DNA of 20,000 bases, taken from assembly GCA_001724245.1 (NCBI GenBank), contig MEDX01000004.1:58683-78682 (forward strand), read 5' to 3'. Under the pieces are notes generated by a model that saw only the letters and a program-made list of their open reading frames with translations, was not told where the DNA came from and did not search any database. The stretch is from Fonticula-like sp. SCN 57-25 (Eukaryota). Position numbers and translations under genes: made by a program. This document shows, one piece after another, positions 10,726 to 19,376 of the stretch (its first letter is position 1; every line of letters begins with the position of its first letter).

Positions 10726-12037
10726 CTCATACTCATACATACCCATACCCATACCCACATCATACTTGTACTCATAACCATACTTACATTCATACTCATA
10801 CCCATACTCATACACATACTCATACACATACACACACTCGTACTCATACCCATATTCATACCCATACCCATATTCATAAACATATATAAATATACTCGAA
10901 ATGTATTTCGTACCGGGTATCGTCGCAGAACTGTTCACACCAACGCTCGAGCACATTCCACGAGCTCGGAAAGATCAGCGCGATCTCCTCCTCGCGCGCC
11001 TTCATTGTGCGGCTCAGCCACGAGTACCGCAGCGGCGTGTTCTCCAGGCTGCCGACCTCTGTCCCGCGGAACGTGTTGCGGTAGTCGCGCAGCTGAAGCT
11101 CAATGTACCAGTCGACGACGTACTTGCGCACGTCGGGATCGAGGATGCTCGCGACGAGGCAGGCGTCTTGCAGCACTTGTGCCTGGCCGAGCAGCAGTCC
11201 CTGCGGCGAAAAGCTATAAAAATACAACAAAATACAAGCAAAAGCTGTTAAAAAGGACGCGTTTCCATAATATTACTTCCACGTACCTCTTGTCAAACTC
11301 TTCCTTGACTTGGCGGCCGAGCTGGCCCTGGATGATAGCGATGTCGTTGGAGTAGTGCTGGATCTTGCTGATCTGCTTGTACGCCTTAAAGTACGAGATG
11401 AGCTGCTGCACGGCCTGCAGGATGGACGCGGCCTCGCGGTACTGCCGCCGCTGGCTCATGCTCTTGAGCTGCTCGACGGCGGACACGAGCATGTTCATGC
11501 GCTTCAGCGCCGTGATCGACGCGGTCAGATGACGCTTGGCATTGTCGAGCTGCTTGATGTCGGCAGTGATCTCTTGCACCATCTGCTCGCTCTGCACGGC
11601 CTTTGTTTTGATGTGCTCAATGCGCGTGAAGAGATCGAGGATGACGCGCTTGGCCTCTTCAAGCTCCATCTTGCCGCGCTCGCCAGCGTCTGTCTGGCTG
11701 CGCACGACCTCGCGAATCTCGCTATCAATCTTGCGGATCTTCATACGAAGACGCTGAAGAACCTTGTCCAGGTTGACAAGCGACTCTTCTGTTAACGCAA
11801 CCGGCGCACACATTTAGCACAAATGTCGCATATCTAGGCACGCACCATTGGGAAGCAGTCGGTTGACGTACTCGAGGGCATTAAAGTCCGGATTGTCGAG
11901 CGGGTCCGTGTACTCTGCGGGAACAGGCTCCAACGGCACTGCCACAGCTGTAGCCTAAGTAGGTGAAACGAAAAGTGTCAGCGTGCGGACCACAAGCCGC
12001 ATGAACGTACGCCCGGTGCCGCGCTGGCCGACGCCAT
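8221..12037 (-). CDS. VPS53: VPS53, GARP/EARP tethering complex subunit, ~843 aa, 8 exons (12037-12011, 11954-11846, 11788-11287, 11213-10914, 10565-10277, 10064-9940, 9723-9103, 8779-8221)
   Basis: Motifs DPLDNPDFNALEYVNRLLPNEESL, SEQMVQEITADIKQLDNAKRHLTASITALKRMNMLV, ILNTADYC, SVGDQS and KCKPISEVGTEQMLLDTHALKT. Seven GT-AG introns; 2532 nt in frame. Confidence 0.95.
10686..10880. repeat. (CATA)n microsatellite followed by degenerate CTCATA/CCCATA hexamer repeats in VPS53 intron 4
   Basis: About 9 CATA units from 10686, then tandem CTCATA/CCCATA/CACATA units. Confidence 0.9.
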
Positions 12038-12151
12038 CCTTGGCTCCTGCACAAACAGAGCAGTTCTGACAATTTGCAAACTTGTGCCAACCAATCAAAA
12101 GCGAGTATCTCACGTGACGTCGCACGGAAGCGTGACAGCACGGACGCGGCG
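12038..12151. promoter_or_regulatory. 114-bp bidirectional promoter region between VPS53 and ATAD1 with CCAAT (12091-12095) and TCACGTGAC (12110-12118)
   Basis: Divergent ATGs at 12037 (-) and 12152 (+); motifs read directly. Confidence 0.6.
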
Positions 12152-13360
12152 ATGAAGGAAGGCTGGCGCGAGCAGCTGCTCAGTACGCGCAGATCGCGCC
12201 TTTTCGTGTTGCTAACGGGGCATTTCATTTGCTAGTCAGCGTTCTTGCTGCTACGGCGGCTGCCCTCGTGGGCACGCTTGCGATGTCGTGGATGTCGCCG
12301 ACAAAGATTAGCGCGCGCGTCAAGCGACTCCTGCAGAATCGGCCCACGCTCGAGCTCAATGAGCACGAGATGGTGATAGCCAATGAGATCATCTTTCCGA
12401 GCGACATTGATACCGGCTTTAGCGATGTCGCTGGCGTCGAGGGCGTCGTGCAGTCGATCCAAGAGTTTGTTCTGTACCCGCTAAAGTACCCGCGCTTCTT
12501 TGACAGCCCGTCGGGCCTGCTGACGCCGCCCAAGGGCGTCCTGCTGTACGGCCCGCCGGGCTGCGGCAAGACGATGCTCGCCAAGGCGATCGCCAAGGAG
12601 GCCGGCGCGTCTTTTATCAGTACGCGCGCGGCATGCGGAGCTGCCTTTTCTCTGCGCGATGCTGACCGGATCCTGCGCAGATGTCAAGGCATCGACGTTG
12701 ACCGACAAGTGGTACGGCGAGTCACAAAAGCTGACCCGCGCGCTCTTCACTTTGGCTGCCAAGGTTCAGCCGTGCATCATTTTCATTGACGAGATCGACT
12801 CTTTCCTGCGCGAGCGCCGGTCGTCCGACCATGAGGTGAGCGCGATGCTCAAGGCCGAGTTCATGGCGCTGTGGGACGGCCTGCAGACCGGCCAGTCGAC
12901 GCGCATTATTGTCGTCGGTGCGACAAACCGGCCGCAGGACATTGACTCTGCCGTGCTGCGCCGCATGCCGAAGCGGTTCCGGATGGACCTGCCCAACGCC
13001 AACCAGCGCGAGAATATCCTGAGGCTGCTGCTGCGGTCCGTCGCGACGCACGGCGACTTTGACTTTGCGCAGCTGTCCAATGATACTGAGGGCTTTTCGG
13101 GGTCCGACCTGAAGGAGCTGTGCAGGGCGGCGGCGATGCTCGCCGTCAAGGAGAAGCTCATGCAGGTTAGGCGGTTCGAGCAGCAGGGGAGGGCGATCGA
13201 CATTGACGGCCAGGCAAGCTCGATTAGGCCGCTCACAAACGAAGATTTTTTGCAGTGCGAGTACTACGTCGAGCGCACGCAGTACGACGGCATCATGCGG
13301 CAGCAGCAGCAGCAGCGCCAGATGATGGAGTCCATCGAGGAGCTTTTCCGCAGATCGTAG
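12152..13360 (+). CDS. ATAD1: MSP1/ATAD1 membrane-anchored AAA+ ATPase, ~364 aa; exons 12152..12182, 12236..12619, 12681..13360
   Basis: N-terminal hydrophobic anchor, LNEHEMVIA, Walker [14 protein letters not shown], pore loop [12 protein letters not shown], Walker [31 protein letters not shown] and [21 protein letters not shown]. Confidence 0.95.
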
Positions 13361-13558
13361 ACTGGATTGTTGATGATGAACAAAAAGCAGCCCATACACG
13401 CTGCACCCCCCTTTTTCGTGCTACATTTTTGTATCTCGTCGAATGTGTACATAATGCACTATTGCTACTGGCCTTTGTTGTGCAAGCGATGCTTTTATGC
13501 CAGCCATGTTGTTCGATGCACACGCTGACATCACTTGACCACGTGGCCTTGTTTTGCG

Positions 13559-16484
13559 ATGGGCTCTGGCAAGGACAAGAAGAAGAAGCAGAAGAAGCAG
13601 GTGGCCGCCGCGACCGGCAAGCCCGTTGCCAAGGCCAAGAGCACTCAGCAAAAGGCCAAGAAGCGGCAGGCGGGCCCCGGCGAGGACGAGGATGAAAAGG
13701 ACATTGAGACGATCCTCGAGGAGCTTCGTGTTGCGCACGAGGCGACAGTCAAGGTGACGGAGGATAGCGGCTGCGCGCCCCCCGCCCCTCGCTGCAACGC
13801 GTCGCTCATTACAGTGCCCGGCGCGTCGAATTCCGACCTTATTCTCTTTGGCGGCGAGTTTTACAATGGCCAAAAGTGTATATTTTACAATGATCTGTTC
13901 CGGTACAACCCCGAACGCAACGAGTGGCGCCGCTTCACCTCGCCGACATGCCCCGGCCCTCGCTCGTCGCACCAGCTCGTCGCGACTGCCACTGGCCGCG
14001 CCTTCCTCGTCGGCGGCGAATTCGCGTCCACGACCGAGTCGCAGTTCTTCCACTACAAGGACTTTTGGGTGCTCGATCTCAAGACGCATCAGTGGGAGCG
14101 CTTTGATCCCAAGGGCCCGCGCCCATCCCCCCGCTCGGGCCATCGCATGCTCCTCTGGAAGCACTTTATTATCCTCTTTGGCGGCTTTTACGACACGCTC
14201 AAGGAGACAAAGTACTACGACGATCTGTGGGTGCTCGACACAAACGAGTACACGTGGCGCAAGATCGAGTTTAAGGAAACCGATCTCCGCCCTGGGTGCG
14301 CCCGCTTTCCCTATTTATTTGTTCTTTACTGACGCCGCTGCTCAGCGCGCGGAGCGGCTTCCAGATGTTTGTCTACAACGACACGCTGACGATCTATGGC
14401 GGCTACTGCCGCGTGCCCGTCGCCCCCAAGGGCGGCGCCCCCAAAAAGGGCAAGCCGACCGCCGCCACCTCGGCGCGCACCGTCGGTCTCGTGCACACCG
14501 ACCTGTGGAGCCTCAAGCTCACGCCCGACTTTAAGAATGTAAAGTGGGAGCGGCGGAAGCGCGCTGGGTTTGCGCCGAGTGCGCGATCGGGATCGCCCAT
14601 GGTGCTGCACAAGAACCGCGCGATCTTGTTTGGGGGTGTGCAGGATGAGGATGTCAGCGAGGAGCAGCTTTGCTCAAACTTTTTCAACGACATGTGCGCA
14701 CTTTATATTCATTTCTATAGTGGTTTTGAGTGTGTTTTAAAGAGAATGTTTTGTTGTGATTTTGGTTGTACTTTGGGCGTGCTTATGATTGTGCCTTTGC
14801 TTTTGCCTTTGATTGTACCTTTACTTGTACCTTTACTTGTACTTTTAACTATAGCCTTTGATATTCAATTGTACGCGTGCTGACAAGTTTCCCATATTAG
14901 GTTTGCCTTCCAGGTCGAGGCCGGCAGATGGTACCCACTCAACCTTCGCCAGCCCAAGAAAAAGGCGCCCGCCCGCAGCGCACGCACCCGCAAGCCCAAG
15001 CCTGGCGAGGCAACTCAGACAACTACTGATGACGTCATCGATGACGGCATCGAAGAAGAGGAAGAAGATGACGATGACGATGAGGACATTGATGACGACA
15101 TTGATGACGACAACAATGCCGACAAGGCCAACACTGCCACTGCGCCAGCCAATGAGGAACAAGCAAAGAAAGAGACGCGTTTGGAACGCCGCGAAAGAAA
15201 GAAAAAAGCACGTGACGAGCGCGAAGCGGCACGTGAGGCGTCTGAAATGGCCGCGATGGACGCCGAGGCGGCTGCTTCTAATGCCGGCCACGTGGATGAT
15301 GAGGAAGATGAAGATGGTGGGGCGGCTGCTGAGCAAGAACGGTCGAACCACATGGCCGCTGCGAATGATCCTGCCTTTAATTATCCTTCGCCGCGTTTCA
15401 ATGCCATGCTTGCAGTCGTCAAGAACACCCTCTACATGTACGTATAGTAGGATGGACTATGATAATGAGTGTCATTGGTGAGTGTCATTGATGAGTATGA
15501 GTGTCATGTATGAGTGTCATTGATGACGATGGGTGTCATTGAGTAATATTGATGATGATGATGAGTATGATGATCATAATCATGAGTATGAGTATGAGTA
15601 TGAGTGTCATTGATGATGTATGCCATATATATAACCGTGTTCATATGATGATGTCTGTGCATTATATGACGTAATATGGCTGACATGGTTGATTTAGATA
15701 TGGCGGTGTGTATGAGCAGGATGAAAAAGAAGTGACACTGAATGACATGTACTCGCTCAACCTCGAACGACTCGACCGTTTCGAGACCATCTTTTCACGC
15801 ACACTCGACGGCGACTTTAAGTGGCAAGGCGAAGAAGAAGCAGAAGACGATGATGATGATGATGATGATGATGATGACGATGAAGAAGATGATGACGATG
15901 AAGAAGATGATGAAGAAGATGATGAAGATGACGACGCTGATGGTGATGAAGAAAAGGCCGAAAAAGATGACAATGATCAAGCCACTTCTTCCAAATCAGC
16001 CAAAAAGCCCGCCAAATCGTCACTTATCGCGCCACTTTCCACTTCACTTTCGACCGACGCCGACGGCGACTCTGACCCCGAAGTGCTCCCCGACGGCACC
16101 GTCTCCAACATCCGCGTCAAGTCCGCCGGTGGCGCAGCACGTGGCCGCGACGCTCTCCGTCAGCAGCTCCTTCAAGAAAAAGACACGACCGTCCCAAAGC
16201 CCGACGAATCATTGGCCGAATATTACGCGAGGACGAGCGCCTATTGGCTGCAAGAGGCATTTGACACGGCCGACGGAAAAGATTTGGTTGGAAAAGAGCT
16301 TAAAAAAGTGGCGTTTGAGCACGCAAAGGGAAGACATGAGGCGATGCAGGGGGTGATTCAGAGGCTGCAGGAGATGGATGTGATTGAGGAGGAGGGCGAG
16401 GCGGAGGCGAGGGGGAGGAAGGAGAAGGAAAGGGAGAAGGAGAAGAAGGAGAAGGAGAAGGAGAAGGAGAGGGGGAGGAGGTGA
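13559..16484 (+). CDS. KLHDC4: KLHDC4/Kel3 kelch-repeat protein with acidic inserts and C-terminal DUF4110-like region, ~802 aa; exons 13559..14295, 14346..14693, 14901..15437, 15698..16484
   Basis: Basic N-terminus MGSGKDKKKK. Kelch blades LILFGGEFYNG, GGEFASTTESQFFHYKDFW, PSPRSGHRM, FGGFYD, PSARSG and PRFNAMLAV...YGG. C-terminal PKPDESLAEYYARTSAYW. 2409 nt in frame. Confidence 0.93.
15465..15612 (+). repeat. Degenerate TGAGTGTCATTG / ATGAGT / GAT repeats in KLHDC4 intron 3
   Basis: About six copies of TG(A/G)GTGTCAT interspersed with (ATGAGT)n and (GAT)n. Confidence 0.85.
15830..15978 (+). repeat. Coding (GAT/GAA/GAC)n repeat encoding a poly-Asp/Glu tract in KLHDC4
   Basis: Translates to EEEAEDDDDDDDDDDDDEEDDDDEEDDEEDDEDDDADGDEE. 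Confidence 0.9.
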
Positions 16485-16580
16485 ACGTGTTTTGGTACAT
16501 TATTAATAAAGGTGAATGATAAAGTAATGGAATGAGTCAGTAAAAGTATCATTTCATGTTCTGAAAGTATTACATAAAGG

Positions 16581-16679
16581 TAATGAAAGTAATATTTTAA
16601 GACTGTGAATCATCAGATGTAAGTACTGAAAGTAACATTTAAGGAACTGAATCATTAGATAAAAGTACCGAAAACAATA
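16581..16679. repeat. Degenerate ~42-bp tandem repeat (2 units plus a partial) between convergent KLHDC4 and AIR1
   Basis: TAATGAAAGTAATATTTTAAGACTGTGAATCATCAGATGTAAG versus TACTGAAAGTAACATTTAAGGAACTGAATCATTAGATAAAAG. Confidence 0.65.
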
Positions 16680-16777
16680 CTTTTTCAATCCATAGTCCGA
16701 GTGTCCAGTTAAGAGAGTGACAATGTGTGTATTGGTACAAAAATGCAATAAAAGTAGAAATATCAAAATTACTTTGA

Positions 16778-17856
16778 TTACCTCCTCTTGTTCTTTCCAC
16801 CGCCCTGTATCGACCTCCCCTGCTGCTGCTGCTGCTGCTGCTGCTGTTTATATGACGTCTGCTGCTGCTGCTTATACGACGTCTGCTTTGGATGCTGCTG
16901 CTTATAATGCACTTGCGTCTGCTGCTGAGTCTGCTCGACATATGACTTGGCCTTTGCCGCGTGCTTGCGCGCCCCCTCGACCGCCGCAACAGACACAGGC
17001 CGCTGCTTCTTTGACTTTGGCCGCGGCGCGTGACGTGCACGTTTGGCCACGTGGACGTCTTCCTTCTTGTTGTCACGTGACCCTTGTGTGTCTGCGTCGC
17101 TGTCGCTGTCCTCTGTGAGGTCGATGACGTCGTCGGGTGTCCGCTCGCGTTTCTTGCTTGTTTTTTGGGCCGACTTTGGCGTGTTTTTGTCGCTGCTGTC
17201 GACGGCTGCCCAATCAGCGGCCGCCGCCCTGCGTGGCAGCATGCCCATTGGCTCGTGGAAGGCGGTTGGCTGGTAGACGTAGCGGCCCGACATGCGGCAG
17301 TCGTCGCCAAAGTGGCCGGCGGCGCCGCACTGGTAGCAGAAGCGGCGGAGATCGGCGCGGATGGCGCGCGGCGCGTCGCCTGCGGTGCGGTACTCGCGCC
17401 ACCAGGAGGAGCAGGCGCTCTGAAGGTGGCCGACGCGGTTGCACTTGTTGCACTTTGTCTTGCCGTGCGATCGCGGCGCGGCGCAATCGCTCGAGCGATG
17501 CCCGGGCTTGAGGCAGTTGTAGCACAGATCGCGCGGGCAGTTGTGCGAGTTGTGGCCGGGAAGGGCGCATAGGCCGCACGTGCGCTCGGGGGCGGTTGTA
17601 GAGTCGCAGTCGACGGCAATGTGGCCGGTCTGCTGGCAGCGGTAGCACGTAACGCGGGATGTCTCGCTCGAGTAGTACCTGCTCCGATCACGCGCAGACT
17701 CGCGCTCCTGAAAGAAACAAATAAAGAATCAAGCAAAAAGCAAAAAATATTTCGTTAGAATAACAATAAAAAAACCAACATTATGCTTACCTCGAGGTCA
17801 CGCCCACCAAAACTCTCCATAAATTCAAGATCGTCGCCGCTCATGCCGTCGTCCAT
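16778..17856 (-). CDS. AIR1: Air1/Air2-ZCCHC7-like zinc-knuckle protein (TRAMP complex), ~331 aa; exons 17856-17791 and 17707-16778
   Basis: This reading is only partly covered by the ORF track. RYY is followed by five CX2CX4HX4C knuckles (CYRCQQTGHIAVDC, CGLCALPGHNSHNC, CYNCLKPGHRSSDC, CNKCNRVGHLQSAC, CYQCGAAGHFGDDC), with WWREY after knuckle 4 (Air IWRxY motif). Intron 17708..17790 has GTAAGC...TTTCAG ends. Confidence 0.88.
16819..16935 (-). repeat. Coding (CAG)n and YKQQ repeats in the AIR1 C-terminus
   Basis: (CTG)n on the + strand; the protein reads HYKQQHPKQTSYKQQQQTSYKQQQQQQQQQ. Confidence 0.85.
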
Positions 17857-17943
17857 CGCGCCGGCCACGCCGTCCTTGTCACGTGACTCGGCTCGATGAT
17901 TGCTGACACATTACTTCCCTGCTCCGTCAGCTCAAGCGCGATC
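17857..17943. promoter_or_regulatory. 87-bp bidirectional promoter region between AIR1 and ZNG1 with GTCACGTGAC (17878-17887)
   Basis: Divergent ATGs at 17856 (-) and 17944 (+), with a perfect 10-bp palindrome between them. Confidence 0.6.
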
Positions 17944-19038
17944 ATGGCGGATCTCGATGTGCCGGAGCTTGCCGAGGCGCCTTCCGCGCGCGCTCGCGTG
18001 CCCGTGACGCTCCTTACTGGCTTTCTCGGCGCCGGCAAGACGACTCTTCTCAAGCGCCTTTTAGAAGATGAGACACACGGCCTTCGCATTGCCGTCGTCT
18101 TTAATGACTTTGGGCAAGGCGACACGACCTTCGAGGCCGGCCTCGGAACCGAAGAGGCGCGCGCGAGCGGCGACTGGGTCGAGCTGCGCAACGGCTGCAT
18201 CTGCTGCTCGATCAAGGACGGCGCCGTGCAGGCCATCGAGGCCCTTCTCGCGCGCGCGGATCGCAAGTTTGATTACGTTGTCATCGAGAGCAATGGCCTT
18301 GCCGATCCCGCCAACGTGGCATCCCTCTTCTGGCTCGATGACGAACTCGAGTCCGCCCTCGTGCTCGACGGCGTTGTCGCCCTCGTCGACGCGCAGCTCT
18401 TTTCCCGCGCCGACACCGACACTGACACGATGGAGTCGGCGGTTCGCCAGGTTGCCGCCGCCGATCGCCTCATCGTCAACAAGGCCGATCTCGTCTCGCC
18501 CGCCGATCTCGACCGCGTCCGCGCCGCCCTCGCCAGCATCAACGCCGCCGCCCCCGTCACAGTCACCTCCTTTTCCAACGTCGCCACCGACTTTGTGATG
18601 AAGCTCGGCGCCTACGATGCCGCCCGCATGCCCCCGGCCACGTCAGCATCCGCATCAGCATCCGATGCGCATCACGATGCCGATCACGATCACGACGCGT
18701 GCGGCGACAGCTGCTCGCACGGCGTCCACGGCATGCACTCTGTCGTCGTCTTCTCCCCCGGCGTGCTCAGCGAGCCACTTTTCCGGCGGCTCATCGAAGA
18801 GATGCTCTGGGAAGCATCGCTCGACCAAAAACCCGTCGAGATCGTCCGCGGCAAGGGACTGCTGGCATTCAAGGACGGCTGCCACGCGTTCCAGAGCGTG
18901 CGCGAGCTGTACGACGTGCGGGTGGCGGAGAAGGGGTGGCCGACTGGTGAGCCGCACGAGTCACGCGTGCTTTTTATTGGAAAGAATATCAGCAGGGCGG
19001 CGCTCGAAAGGAGGCTCAGAATGTGTGCTGAACAGTGA
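17944..19038 (+). CDS. ZNG1: ZNG1/CBWD (COG0523, CobW-family G3E GTPase zinc chaperone), intronless, ~364 aa (an in-frame upstream ATG exists at 17896)
   Basis: [31 protein letters not shown] (CxCC), [22 protein letters not shown], a His-rich linker, and CobW_C motifs RGKG and FQSVRELYD. Confidence 0.93.
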   Translation: MADLDVPELAEAPSARARVPVTLLTGFLGAGKTTLLKRLLEDETHGLRIAVVFNDFGQGDTTFEAGLGTEEARASGDWVELRNGCICCSIKDGAVQAIEALLARADRKFDYVVIESNGLADPANVASLFWLDDELESALVLDGVVALVDAQLFSRADTDTDTMESAVRQVAAADRLIVNKADLVSPADLDRVRAALASINAAAPVTVTSFSNVATDFVMKLGAYDAARMPPATSASASASDAHHDADHDHDACGDSCSHGVHGMHSVVVFSPGVLSEPLFRRLIEEMLWEASLDQKPVEIVRGKGLLAFKDGCHAFQSVRELYDVRVAEKGWPTGEPHESRVLFIGKNISRAALERRLRMCAEQ

Positions 19039-19188
19039 GGGCATTATTGCATTTTATATCACTTTTTGTATCTTTTTACGTTCTTTTTAAGCACCGCTGC
19101 GGTTTAAGTGGCCTTTTATATCACAAGTATCCTCAATACATTGCATAACGTAGGTCGTTTACTTGTGTGCAATTCACTTTCTTTACCT

Positions 19189-19283
19189 ATATAAATGTGA
19201 CATTTCCCTCTACTTTTCATATATAAATGTGACAGTTCCCTTTACTTTTCATATGTGTAATTGTGACATTTCCTTTCACTTTT
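19189..19283. repeat. 32-bp minisatellite (2 near-identical units plus 1 degenerate) between convergent ZNG1 and the GH31 gene
   Basis: ATATAAATGTGACATTTCCCTCTACTTTTCAT at 19189 and ATATAAATGTGACAGTTCCCTTTACTTTTCAT at 19221; a third decayed unit starts at 19253. Confidence 0.85.
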
Positions 19284-19376
19284 CTCTACTTTTACCTCAC
19301 TTTGTCTCATATTTGATACTTTTTCCACTTCATTCTCAGCATACATGTTCACTCCAAACGTGTCCTTCTTCCACTC

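Noticed and set aside
8780..10913. Long introns as introner or MITE insertions
   Set aside because: No shared extended sequence, terminal inverted repeats or target-site duplications were seen between them; the content is heterogeneous simple repeat.
10201..11355. ORFs with YEYGYEY / HTYIHT / MGMSM repeats
   Set aside because: These are translations of microsatellites in VPS53 intron 4; the spliced VPS53 model explains the region.
15465..15612. Repeat-spacer appearance resembling a CRISPR array
   Set aside because: Units are only ~12 bp and degenerate, spacers are irregular and themselves simple repeats, the region lies inside a spliceosomal intron, and no cas genes are present.
16639..17736. 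365-aa minus-strand ORF, and the idea that the zinc knuckles are a retroelement Gag
   Set aside because: The ORF is an alternative frame of AIR1. The five knuckles with WREY and GHFGDDC match Air1/2, and there is no protease, RT, integrase or LTR.
1..19038. Metal-cofactor gene cluster (MFSD5, IBA57, ZNG1)
   Set aside because: The genes are dispersed among unrelated housekeeping genes and concern different metals and compartments, so there is no support for a functional cluster.
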